Of a DNA stretch of 64,000 nucleotides, positions 45,927 through 54,202 are shown one piece after another. The first letter of the stretch is position 1. The number at the start of each line of letters is the position of its first letter. The notes beneath the pieces were generated by a model. The model was not told the origin of the DNA. It saw only the letters and a program-made list of their open reading frames with translations, and did no database searches. The position numbers were made by a program, and so were the translations under genes. The stretch covers positions 160,001 through 224,000 of the forward strand of contig JAYKHR010000045.1 in NCBI GenBank assembly GCA_035285125.1, read 5' to 3'. Origin of the DNA: Candidatus Sericytochromatia bacterium. GTDB lineage: Bacteria; Cyanobacteriota; Sericytochromatia; S15B-MN24; JAQBPE01.

Positions 45927-47141
45927 TCAGCGGGGAGCGCCTGCCTCCCCGAGCTCGAGGCCCCCGCGCACGGCGGCCCAGAACTGGCTGAAGGACGGCG
46001 CGAGGCGGGCCGGGTCGGGCGTGAAGCGGGGCGCCGGGGCGCAAGTTGCGAGGCGCGGCAGCGCCTCCGCGTAGCCGGGGTTCAGCGTCGCTGTGGCCAG
46101 GTGGGCGCCGGCCAAGGGGAAGGCCGTGGCATCCCCGAGCCACACGGCGTCGCACGTCGCCGCCAGGCGCGCCAGCACGAAGCGCCAGCGCCGCTCGCTC
46201 CAGGGGAAGCGGGCGTGGAACGGCAGGTGCACCAGCCCCACGCGGCGCACGGCCCGGTCGCCTGGTGCGGCGAGGTCCCACGGGTGCACCAGGCGGCAGG
46301 CCTCGCCGGCTGCCGGAGGCCCGGCCGCGCCTGCGGCCGCCCACCAGCCCCCCCCGGTGTCCCGACCGACGGCCACCAGGCAGGCCGCTGGGGGCTCGCG
46401 GTGCAGGGTCGGCGCAGGGGTGCCGACCCGCTCCCCCGGCTCGGGCCCGACGTCGGGGCCTGCAACCGCCACCTCGCCAAGCGCCTCGTAGCTGGCGTCG
46501 ATCGCGCTGCCCGGGCTGTGCCACGCTCGCGGCGCGTAGCGCGCGACGTTGGCCGCGTTGAACAGGTAGGGCTTGTGGGAGAAGGTGCCGGCGACCCACT
46601 GCCAGCTCAACGCGTTGCTGGCGAGGTCGCCATCCAGCAGGTGCCCGTACATCCAGGCTGCCGACGCGGCCCAGTGGACCTTCCGTTGGTGCGTGAGGTA
46701 CGAGGCGACCCACATCCTGGCGTGGTTGTGGAGCGTGCCCGTGTCGTGCAGCGTCCGCACGGCCTCGTCGATGGCCGGGACGCCGCAGCGCGCCTCCAGG
46801 ACGTCAATCGGCACCGCCTGCGCGTAGCGCCCCGGGTACACCGGGCGCCGGACGTCCGCGAAGATGCCCTCCCCCAGGTGGCGCCAGACGTGGTGCCAGT
46901 ACTCCCGCCAGCCGAGCTCCATGACCAGCTTGTCTTCCGCCGTGAGCGCGTGGCGCCGGCCCAGGTCGGCCAGCACCTGCCCCGGTGTGACGAAGCCGTG
47001 GGTGATCCAGGGTGACAGGCCCGTCACCCGGCCTTCCAGCGCATTCCGCGTGCGGGCGTAGGCGATGGGGTCCACCCGCGAGAGGCGCTGCCGCCAGGCC
47101 TCGTCCGTGGGGGCCAACGCCTCGAACAGCGGCAGCTGCAT
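45927..47141 (-). CDS. Short DNA photolyase-like protein with the FAD-binding domain at the N-terminus
   Basis: YARTRN..VTGLSPWITHG, ELGWREYW, LHNHARMWVASY, LLDGDLASNALSWQW. TGATG coupling to the upstream gene. Confidence 0.88.
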   Translation of the reverse strand: MQLPLFEALAPTDEAWRQRLSRVDPIAYARTRNALEGRVTGLSPWITHGFVTPGQVLADLGRRHALTAEDKLVMELGWREYWHHVWRHLGEGIFADVRRPVYPGRYAQAVPIDVLEARCGVPAIDEAVRTLHDTGTLHNHARMWVASYLTHQRKVHWAASAAWMYGHLLDGDLASNALSWQWVAGTFSHKPYLFNAANVARYAPRAWHSPGSAIDASYEALGEVAVAGPDVGPEPGERVGTPAPTLHREPPAACLVAVGRDTGGGWWAAAGAAGPPAAGEACRLVHPWDLAAPGDRAVRRVGLVHLPFHARFPWSERRWRFVLARLAATCDAVWLGDATAFPLAGAHLATATLNPGYAEALPRLATCAPAPRFTPDPARLAPSFSQFWAAVRGGLELGEAGAPR

Positions 47142-48148
47142 CAGCCGACCCGCCGGGCCGGCGCCGGCAGCAGGGCCTCGTGCACGAGCTGCGCCGTGCG
47201 CCAACCCGACAGCCAGGCATCCTCCACGCGCGAGCCCAGGCACCAGTCGCCACAAGCCGCAAGCCCGAGGTCGGGCGCCATCAGCCCGTCCACCCCGAGC
47301 GGCCGGGTCACGCGCGCGTGGCGCCAGCGGTGGGTGCGGACGTGGGAGGGCGCTGGCAGCGGCTGCCCCGCGACCTCGGCCAGGGCATCCAGCAAGGCTG
47401 CCTCGACGCCGTCTGGTTGGTCCTCCAGGTGGGCCACGGACCAGGCCGCCGTGGCGTGCAGCACCCAGCGCTCCCCGGGCTTTCGCCCCGCCTTGGCACC
47501 CTCGCGTGCCGCCCACGCGAGCACGCCGTGGTCAGGCTCCCAGGCGTCGGACGCCAGCCCCAACCCCTCGTCCCACGCGGCCATGAGCGCCCAGCACGGG
47601 GCCATCTCAGCGTCCCCGGCCCGCGCGGCCAGCGCCGGGGCGACGGGGGTGAGCAGCTCCACGGCCTGCGGGGCGGGGATGGCGACGACGACGGCCTCGA
47701 ACGGGCCGACCCTGGCCTGGTCGTCCAGCTGCAGCCACCAGCCCCCCGTCTGCCGGTCCAGCGCCGTGACGCGCGCGCGACGGTGGACGGTCAGCCCCAC
47801 GGCCAGGGCCGCCGGCAGCGCGCTCATGCCAGGCGTCCCCACAAAGCGAGCGGGCGCCCCGGCCACCCGGCCCGGCCGCCGCAACCGCCACGTTGCCTGC
47901 ACGGCGTGCCCCTGCAGCACCAGCTCGCTGACCCAGGCCTCGAACTCGGGCTCGCGGGTGGTGACGAACTGTGCCCCGTGGTCGAAGTCACCGGCCTCCG
48001 CGTCGTGCCGGGTGCAGATGCGCCCGCCCGGGCCGCGACCCTTGTCGAAGACCTCGACGGCGTGCCCTGCCGCCTGCAGGCGCTGGGCGCACGAGAGTCC
48101 GGAGAGGCCGCCGCCGACGATGGCGATGCGGGACTTGGGCTGGCCCAC
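47141..48148 (-). CDS. Renalase-like FAD/NAD(P)-dependent oxidoreductase
   Basis: GGGLSG, DKGRGPGGR, FDHGAQF, HRWRHA and CGDWCLGSRVEDAWLSG. Confidence 0.92.
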   Translation of the reverse strand: MGQPKSRIAIVGGGLSGLSCAQRLQAAGHAVEVFDKGRGPGGRICTRHDAEAGDFDHGAQFVTTREPEFEAWVSELVLQGHAVQATWRLRRPGRVAGAPARFVGTPGMSALPAALAVGLTVHRRARVTALDRQTGGWWLQLDDQARVGPFEAVVVAIPAPQAVELLTPVAPALAARAGDAEMAPCWALMAAWDEGLGLASDAWEPDHGVLAWAAREGAKAGRKPGERWVLHATAAWSVAHLEDQPDGVEAALLDALAEVAGQPLPAPSHVRTHRWRHARVTRPLGVDGLMAPDLGLAACGDWCLGSRVEDAWLSGWRTAQLVHEALLPAPARRVG

Positions 48149-48169
48149 CGTGACCTCCTGTCGTCACTG

Positions 48170-48211
48170 AACTTGTACAGGGAATATACAGGACGGGAGC
48201 TGTGCGGGCAA
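48170..48211 (-). promoter_or_regulatory. Sigma70-type promoter overlapped by two 11-bp direct repeats (CarH/LitR-like operator)
   Basis: The minus strand has TTGCCC-N17-TATATT. The plus strand has AACTTGTACAG and GGAATATACAG in tandem (48170-48191). Confidence 0.65.
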
Positions 48212-48256
48212 CCGCCGACCCGGCCCCACGGGGCGCCGAGCGTCGGGGCCCCGCGC

Positions 48257-48286
48257 AAAAACGCCGCCCGCGAGACGGGCGGCGTT
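48257..48286 (-). terminator. Rho-independent terminator of the XRE gene
   Basis: AACGCCGCCCG-CGAGA-CGGGCGGCGTT, with an A-run that gives a U-tract on the minus strand. Confidence 0.75.
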
Positions 48287-48308
48287 CAGCGAACGACAAA
48301 CAGCGGGG

Positions 48309-48800
48309 CTACTTCGCCTTGCGCAGCGAGAAGCGGCGCGCCTCCTCCAGCAGGCCGTCCAGGTAGCGGAAGGTGGAGCGGCGCTCGTCGGCCGTCTGCT
48401 CCCAGAACGCGGGGTCCGACAGAAAGCTCGCGAAGATGCGGCGTGCGTTGGCCTCATCGACCAGGCGACGCTCCTCCGGGGTGGCCGGGTGCCGGCCGTG
48501 CTGTGGGGAGGGGATGGCGGGCGGGGGTGGCGCCGTGACGGGCAGGTAGCCGGCGGCGACCAGCAGCTCATCAGCGTCCACCTCCAGCGCGGCGGCCAGC
48601 CGGATGACGTCCTCGCGGTCGGGCGGGTTGCGCGCCCCACGCTCGATGCGGCACAGGTGCGAGTAAGTGAACGGCCCGCGGGCCTCCATCTCGCGGAGCG
48701 TGAGCCCCGCCTCCTCGCGGTACTGGCGCAGCAGCGCGCCGAAGCGCGTCTGGAACGGGGGTGGGTTGCCATTGCGGCGGGTTTGTCTGGTGGCTGGCAT
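48309..48800 (-). CDS. XRE family HTH transcriptional regulator
   Basis: FGALLRQYREEAGLTLRE..SHLCRIERGARNPP..RLAAAL..LLVAAGY. Confidence 0.9.
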   Translation of the reverse strand: MPATRQTRRNGNPPPFQTRFGALLRQYREEAGLTLREMEARGPFTYSHLCRIERGARNPPDREDVIRLAAALEVDADELLVAAGYLPVTAPPPPAIPSPQHGRHPATPEERRLVDEANARRIFASFLSDPAFWEQTADERRSTFRYLDGLLEEARRFSLRKAK

Positions 48801-49274
48801 GTCAAAAGTTTAGCAGGAAGAAATACCCCCGAAAACAGTTCCCTGCGGGGTTTGCGGCATTCCGCACAGTGATGTTTTTCGGTTTAAAATCGGCTTAAAT
48901 GCGTATGGTTCTGACCAGGACATAGGCCCGAATTGACATCTTTTACAGCGCCTTCCGCCGCTGTTGTGACCGGGTGCAGGCCCTGGGGTGGGGTCGAAAA
49001 GTCCTGGAGGTGCAAAGCTTGAGGGGTTCTTGAGGCGTACTGTGACAGCCTGGACCTGCCTGAGTAGAGCGGCCGTGCGCCCCGGGGCGAGGTGGGAGAC
49101 CAGGCCCCCATAACCGAGGTTTCCCCGGCCACCGTTCTGCCGTCTTGCTGGCTTCAGCTGCCCCGAACGGTGCGCGAGACGCCGCCGTCGCCGGTTCTGG
49201 GGTGGGTGTCGGCGCCCCGGCACGCGGGCGGGGCGTTCGGTATCTTTACGGGGTTAAGTATTGTGAAATTCTAT

Positions 49275-49973
49275 TCAGGCGTCGAAGTAGTAGCCCCGGC
49301 GGCCCATGGTCTTGAGCCAGACCGGCTGCTTGGGGTCCTGCTCGATCTTTGCCCGCAGGTTCCTGATGTGGGCGTGGACCGCGTCCACGGTGCGTACCTG
49401 GCCCTTGAGGGCGAACAGCACCATCTCGGCGAGGGCCTCTGCCGAGTAGACCTCGCGGGGGCGCTGCACGAGGTGCGACAGCAGGGCCGTCTCGAGCCGC
49501 GTCAGGTTCACCTCCGCGCCCTGCACCGTCACCGTGAAGCGGGCCGGCGAGACCCGGAAGTCAGGGGGGCCAAACTCGGTCTTCGTCTCCTCGTCGCGCT
49601 GGCTGGCGAGCCGGAGGAAGGCCCGGATGGTGTACACGAACTCGAGCGGGTCGAAGGGCTTCACGAGGTAGCCGTCGAAGCCGGCCTTGTAGGCCTCGTA
49701 CTTGTCGACGGTCTGGTCCCGGGCCGTGAGGGCCAGCACGGGCAGGTGGCCTGCCTCCGGGGCCTCTCGCAGCGAGCGGCAAAAGGACAGGCCGTCCTCG
49801 TCGGGCAGCATCAGGTCGAGGACGAGCATGTCAGGGAAGCCTTCTCGCCACGCCTCGCGCGCCTGCTGCACGCTCTCGAAGGCCGTGGTGTCGAAGCCTT
49901 CGTTGGTGAGCAAGAAGGTCACGAGCCGCCGGATGGCGGGATCGTCTTCGATGATGGCGATGTGGTGCCCCAT
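49275..49973 (-). CDS. OmpR/PhoB family response regulator (orphan)
   Basis: IIEDD, LVLDLMLP, ALTA and VKPF in the receiver. LTRLE, RTVDAVHAHIRNLRAKIE and GRRGY in the winged helix. Confidence 0.95.
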   Translation of the reverse strand: MGHHIAIIEDDPAIRRLVTFLLTNEGFDTTAFESVQQAREAWREGFPDMLVLDLMLPDEDGLSFCRSLREAPEAGHLPVLALTARDQTVDKYEAYKAGFDGYLVKPFDPLEFVYTIRAFLRLASQRDEETKTEFGPPDFRVSPARFTVTVQGAEVNLTRLETALLSHLVQRPREVYSAEALAEMVLFALKGQVRTVDAVHAHIRNLRAKIEQDPKQPVWLKTMGRRGYYFDA

Positions 49974-50112
49974 GTGGCGCAGGTGACCCTCCGTGAGCAC
50001 CAATGTACCACCCGCGGCCGTGATTGGCTCAAGGTTGCCAGGGGTGTTGTAGGCTCGCCTGCGCGCTCTTATACTGGGACCCGGCAAGGCTGCGTGACCG
50101 CAAGGAGCCCCC

Positions 50113-51279
50113 ATGGACGCCCACCTCCGCGAGCTCCTCGACCTCGTCGTGCGCTGGGTCCACCTGATCGCCGGCATCATGTGGGTGGGCAACTCGATGC
50201 TCTGGAACTGGCTCGATCGGAACCTCGAGCCGCCCCCGGCGGACCGCCCGCTCGAGGAAGGGACCATCTGGATGGTCCACAGCGGTGGCTTCTACGAGAT
50301 GCGCAAGCGCCAGCTGGAGCCTCACCAGATGCCCGCGCGGCTGCACTGGTTCTGGCTGCAGGCCACCACCACCTGGGTGTCGGGCATCCTGCTGCTCGTG
50401 GTCGTCTACTACCTCGGGGGCAAGGCGGCGCTCGTCGACGCCCAGCTCGCCGACATGACGCAGGTGCAGGCCGTCGGCCTGAGCGTCGCCCTGCTGGTGG
50501 GCAGCTGGGCGTGCTACGACGTGCTCTGGCGATCGCCCCTGGGCAAGCGCCCGGCGCTGGCTGCCGGGGTGTCCGGGCTGGCCCTGGTCGGGCTGGCCTG
50601 GGCCCTCACCCACCTGTTCAACGGCCAGGCTGCCTTCCTGCACATGGGCGCCATCCTGGGCACCTTGATGGTCTCCAACGTGTGGCAGCACATCTTGCCG
50701 TCGCAGCGGGAGCTCGTGAGACTCACGCAGGCCGGCAAGCGCCAGGAGGCCGCGCTCGGGAAGGCGGCCAAGACCCGCTCCATCCACAACAACTACATGA
50801 CCTTCCCGGTGCTGTTCACGATGCTCTCGGGCCACTACCCGAGCACCTACAGCGGGCCTCACGCGTGGCTCGTGCTGGTGGTGGTCATGCTCACGGGGGC
50901 GGGCGTGCGGCACGTCATGAATGTCCGCTTCACGTGGCCGGCCTGGCGGCCAGCCCTGGCGGCGACCTTGGTGGTCGGCTTCGGGCTGATCTGGGCGATC
51001 ACGCGGCCGGCCCCTGTGGTAACCGGAGGCCAGCCGGTGGTCTGGGCCGAGGTCGCCCCGGTCCTGCAGCGCCACTGCGTCAGCTGCCACGCCCAGCGGC
51101 CAGGCCAGCCGGCGCCCCCCAGGGGCGTGGCCCTCGACACGCTCGAAGGGGCCCAGCGCGCCGGGGATCGCATCTTGAGCCAGGCGGTGCGCGCCCGCGC
51201 CATGCCGCCCGGCAACGCCACGGGCATGACTGACGCGGAGCGCCAGTTGCTCGGGCGCTGGCTCTCGTCGCCGCGCTGA
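50113..51279 (+). CDS. puuD: Urate hydroxylase PuuD with C-terminal cytochrome c
   Basis: RWVHLIAGIMWVG, WMVHSGGFY, LHWF, RSIHNNYMTFPV, CVSCH and MPPGN.T.MTD.ER. Confidence 0.93.
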   Translation: MDAHLRELLDLVVRWVHLIAGIMWVGNSMLWNWLDRNLEPPPADRPLEEGTIWMVHSGGFYEMRKRQLEPHQMPARLHWFWLQATTTWVSGILLLVVVYYLGGKAALVDAQLADMTQVQAVGLSVALLVGSWACYDVLWRSPLGKRPALAAGVSGLALVGLAWALTHLFNGQAAFLHMGAILGTLMVSNVWQHILPSQRELVRLTQAGKRQEAALGKAAKTRSIHNNYMTFPVLFTMLSGHYPSTYSGPHAWLVLVVVMLTGAGVRHVMNVRFTWPAWRPALAATLVVGFGLIWAITRPAPVVTGGQPVVWAEVAPVLQRHCVSCHAQRPGQPAPPRGVALDTLEGAQRAGDRILSQAVRARAMPPGNATGMTDAERQLLGRWLSSPR

Positions 51280-51290
51280 GCGGGCGACGC

Positions 51291-51830
51291 TCAGGGCGTG
51301 ACGGGCAGCTTGTCCGCCAGGTCCTGCAACAGCTTGATGTCAGCCTTCTGGTCGAACACCCAGCGCGTGCGGGTCTTCGTGTCGAAGTTCTCCAGCCGCG
51401 TCCGCTGCTCGACGGGGGTGTAGGCCTCCTGGCCCTGCTGGCCCTCGACCTTCCACTTCGTCTCGCTGAGGGTCTCGGCCTGGGTCACGACGGTCTTCTG
51501 GGTGACGGCCCGGGCACCCTGGTAGGGCGTTGCCACCACCGGCTGCGCGGCCTTCACGCCGCCGGGCACGACGGTCGAGCCGCGCACGAATTCGTCGAAG
51601 CCGAGCCCGCCGTGCTGCACGGCGAAGGCCTCCCACCGGGTGCGGGTCTCGGTCTCGAGCCCCGTCAGCCTGTTTTGCTGGGTCACGGCCTTGGCTGCGC
51701 CCTGCTGGACCTCCCAGCGCGTGGCCGTCTCGGTCTCGGCGGCCGTCACCTTGGTGGTCTGCTGCGTGGGAAGCAGCGCCTGCACCAGGCTCTTGTAGAA
51801 GGGGGAGGGGGTGGTGGTGGGGGTGGGCAT
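51291..51830 (-). CDS. Thr/Gln-rich hypothetical protein with internal repeats
   Basis: GAGAGG RBS. Four ETxTxT(R/K)W-type units. Confidence 0.75.
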   Translation of the reverse strand: MPTPTTTPSPFYKSLVQALLPTQQTTKVTAAETETATRWEVQQGAAKAVTQQNRLTGLETETRTRWEAFAVQHGGLGFDEFVRGSTVVPGGVKAAQPVVATPYQGARAVTQKTVVTQAETLSETKWKVEGQQGQEAYTPVEQRTRLENFDTKTRTRWVFDQKADIKLLQDLADKLPVTP

Positions 51831-51885
51831 CGCAGCAACCTCTCATCGCGTCACGCAGGAGTTGTCGCCACCCAGGGCCCTCACC

Positions 51886-51977
51886 TGGTTCACAAGAGGT
51901 TCACTGAAGTTAAAGACTTGATTAATGATCTGACGCCGGCGGACGGAGGAAAGGACAATTTAAGAGGACCTTAATGA
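51886..51977. promoter_or_regulatory. Two oppositely oriented direct-repeat boxes in a divergent promoter
   Basis: The minus strand has ATTAATCA, TTTAACTT, GTGAACCT, GTGAACCA at 12, 10 and 11 bp spacing. The plus strand has TTTAAGAG-gac-CTTAATGA at 51959-51977. Confidence 0.55.
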
Positions 51978-52058
51978 CTATAGCCGGGCCTGTTGGTGGG
52001 CCGTTGGCGGCGAGGCCGACCTCGACCCTGTCCTGCTCCGTCAGTCCGAGGTGTCCCC

Positions 52059-52502
52059 GTGTCGCCCATCAACGCCCTGTCGCCCATTCCCCTCCCCGCG
52101 CGTCGCCGGGGGGCTCCGCTGCCCGTCGCCCAACCCGCCGGGGGGGCTGCCCCCCGGGCCGTTGTCGCCACCGCGGCGCATGGCTACCCCGGCTACCCGA
52201 CCTACCCGTACTACCCCTACCAGCCCAGCCTGGGCAACGGCTTGGCCCAGATCGGGCGCGGCCTGTGGGAGGTGGTGTCGTGGACCGCCTGCGTGGCGAT
52301 GGTGCCGCTGCGGTTCGGCTGGGAGGTCGCCGTCGGCGTCGTGGGCCTCGCGTGGGAGGCGCTGGCCGCCGTCGGCCGCGGCCTGCGGTCGTTCTTCGAT
52401 CCGGGATACGGCTACCACCCGGGGTACCCGACCTACCCCACCTACCCGCCCTATCCGCCGTATCCGACCCACCCCTACCACCCGATGGCTCGCGGGGAGT
52501 GA
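52059..52502 (+). CDS. Small protein with a hydrophobic core flanked by YP/GYP repeats
   Basis: GAGGTG RBS before GTG. GYPGYPTYPYYPY and PGYPTYPTYPPYPPYP flank an amphipathic or hydrophobic helix. Confidence 0.7.
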   Translation: MSPINALSPIPLPARRRGAPLPVAQPAGGAAPRAVVATAAHGYPGYPTYPYYPYQPSLGNGLAQIGRGLWEVVSWTACVAMVPLRFGWEVAVGVVGLAWEALAAVGRGLRSFFDPGYGYHPGYPTYPTYPPYPPYPTHPYHPMARGE

Positions 52503-52737
52503 CGGACGCGACCGCGCGAGGTCGGGTCGCCGGCTTTGCCTTGACGTGGCCGTCGCCCTGGCCGGGTTCGCGGGTGGCCCCCCATCACCCTCCAGTTGCC
52601 CGCCACACGGGGCGGGCCCCAGGCCCCAGGACCGTCCGGGCCAGGGTTCCCGGGCCCCCTGCCCCGACGGCCTCACGGACCCCTGCTCCCAACGGGAGCA
52701 GGGGTCCGCTTGCTCCGGGCTGCAACCAGGTGGTATT

Positions 52738-52767
52738 TTTAACCTGGTTTTATTCTTATTTTAACAA
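52738..52767 (+). promoter_or_regulatory. Three direct repeats at exact 11-bp period (Pho-box-like)
   Basis: TTTAACCT-ggt-TTTATTCT-tat-TTTAACAA, ending 10 bp before the ATG. Confidence 0.65.
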
Positions 52768-52777
52768 GGTCCTGCCG

Positions 52778-53992
52778 ATGCGCCGCCTCCTGCCCCTCCT
52801 TACCGGCCTGCTCACCGCCTGCACCACCCAGGCCCCGCTCCCTGGCGGGCTCGAGCGGGTGACGGGCGGCTCGCAAGCCGCCGCCCGGGCTGCCCAGGAG
52901 CTGATCGTCGGGCTGCACCCGGGGCGGCAGCCTCAGGCCCTGACGCAGCGCCTCGGCGCCCGCACCGTGCGGCGCCTGGAGGCCCTGGGGGCCGTGGTGA
53001 TGACGGCCCCCGACCGCGACGCCGCCGTGGCGGCCCTTCGGCAGGACCCTGCCGTGCGGTGGGTCGAGCCGAACGGCGTGGTGAAGCTGCCGCCGCTGAC
53101 GCGCGAGGCCCCTCGCCTGCCGCTGGGCTCGGCCACGGGTGGCGACCCGCTGCTGGAGCAGCAGTGGGCCCTGCCGCGCATCGAGGCGTCGGGCGCCTGG
53201 GCCGTGACGACGGGGAGCCCGAAGGTCACCGTCGCCGTGGTCGACACGGGCATCTACTACAAGCACCCCGAGTTCGGCGACCGTGTGGACCCGGGATTCG
53301 ACTTCATCAACCGCGACTACGATGCGCGGGACGACATGATGCACGGCACCCACTGCGCGGGCATCATCGGCGCCGGCCTCGACGACGGCCACGGCATCGC
53401 GGGCGTGGCACCCGGCGTGCGCCTGCTGGCCGTGAAGGTGATGGACCAGGTCGGCGAGGGCACCTGGGCGAACATCGCCGACGGCATCGTGTACGCGGCC
53501 CAGGCGGGCGTGCCGATCATGAACCTCAGCCTCGGCGCGCCCAACGCCTCCTACACGCTCAAGCAGGCCGTCGCCTACGCCGTGAAGGCCGGCGTGCTCG
53601 TGGTCGCCGCGATGGGCAACGAGGCCACGGACGCGCCCTCCTACCCGGCCGCCTACCCGGGCGTGCTGGCCGTGGGCGCCACGAAGGCCGACGACACCAA
53701 GGCGGGCTTCTCGAACGAGGGGCCCCACCTCTCCGTGGTGGCGCCGGGCCACCGCGTCCTTTCCACTGTGCTGTACGGCAAGTACGAGGCCGTGTCAGGC
53801 ACCTCCATGGCGGCCCCGCACGTGGCGGGCCTGGCGGCCCTCGTGAAGGCCCAGCACCCCGACTGGCCGGCCGCCCGGATCAAGGCGCACCTCGAGGCGA
53901 CGGCCGACGACCTCGGCGAGCCGGGCTTCGATCCGCGCTTCGGCCACGGCCGCATCAACGCCCGCCGCGCCCTGGCGCCCACGGCCCGCTGA
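52778..53992 (+). CDS. Subtilisin-like S8 serine peptidase, lipoprotein
   Basis: Lipobox LLTAC. VVDTG, HGTHCAG and SGTSMAAPHVAG. Confidence 0.95.
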   Translation: MRRLLPLLTGLLTACTTQAPLPGGLERVTGGSQAAARAAQELIVGLHPGRQPQALTQRLGARTVRRLEALGAVVMTAPDRDAAVAALRQDPAVRWVEPNGVVKLPPLTREAPRLPLGSATGGDPLLEQQWALPRIEASGAWAVTTGSPKVTVAVVDTGIYYKHPEFGDRVDPGFDFINRDYDARDDMMHGTHCAGIIGAGLDDGHGIAGVAPGVRLLAVKVMDQVGEGTWANIADGIVYAAQAGVPIMNLSLGAPNASYTLKQAVAYAVKAGVLVVAAMGNEATDAPSYPAAYPGVLAVGATKADDTKAGFSNEGPHLSVVAPGHRVLSTVLYGKYEAVSGTSMAAPHVAGLAALVKAQHPDWPAARIKAHLEATADDLGEPGFDPRFGHGRINARRALAPTAR

Positions 53993-53996
53993 GGCG

Positions 53997-54191
53997 TCAG
54001 CCGCCCTCGGCCTCGTCGGCGAGGGGCTCGCAGGCGAGCACCGTGACGGACGTGCCGAGCTGGTTGCCCAGCGCCGCCTCCAGGCCCTCGATCAGGCGCC
54101 AGAGCTCTGCCTGCACGATCTTGCGGGCCCGGACCTCGTCATCCGGGCCCTCGAACCGAGTTTCGATCAGGGCGTCGAGCTTCCAGCGCAT
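53997..54191 (-). CDS. Small hypothetical protein (64 aa)
   Basis: MRWKLDALIETRF... starts 11 bp after the AIM24 stop. Composition is unlike a shadow ORF. Confidence 0.6.
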   Translation of the reverse strand: MRWKLDALIETRFEGPDDEVRARKIVQAELWRLIEGLEAALGNQLGTSVTVLACEPLADEAEGG

Positions 54192-54202
54192 GGCCGTGGG
54201 GC

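Noticed and set aside
48810..49223. 137-aa minus-strand ORF upstream of the XRE gene
   Set aside because: Atypical codon use, no motif or RBS, and it runs through promoter-like AT tracts.
51974..52777. N-terminal extension of the 672-aa S8 ORF
   Set aside because: It overlaps a better ORF (52059-52502) and a promoter. The lipoprotein signal begins at ATG 52778.
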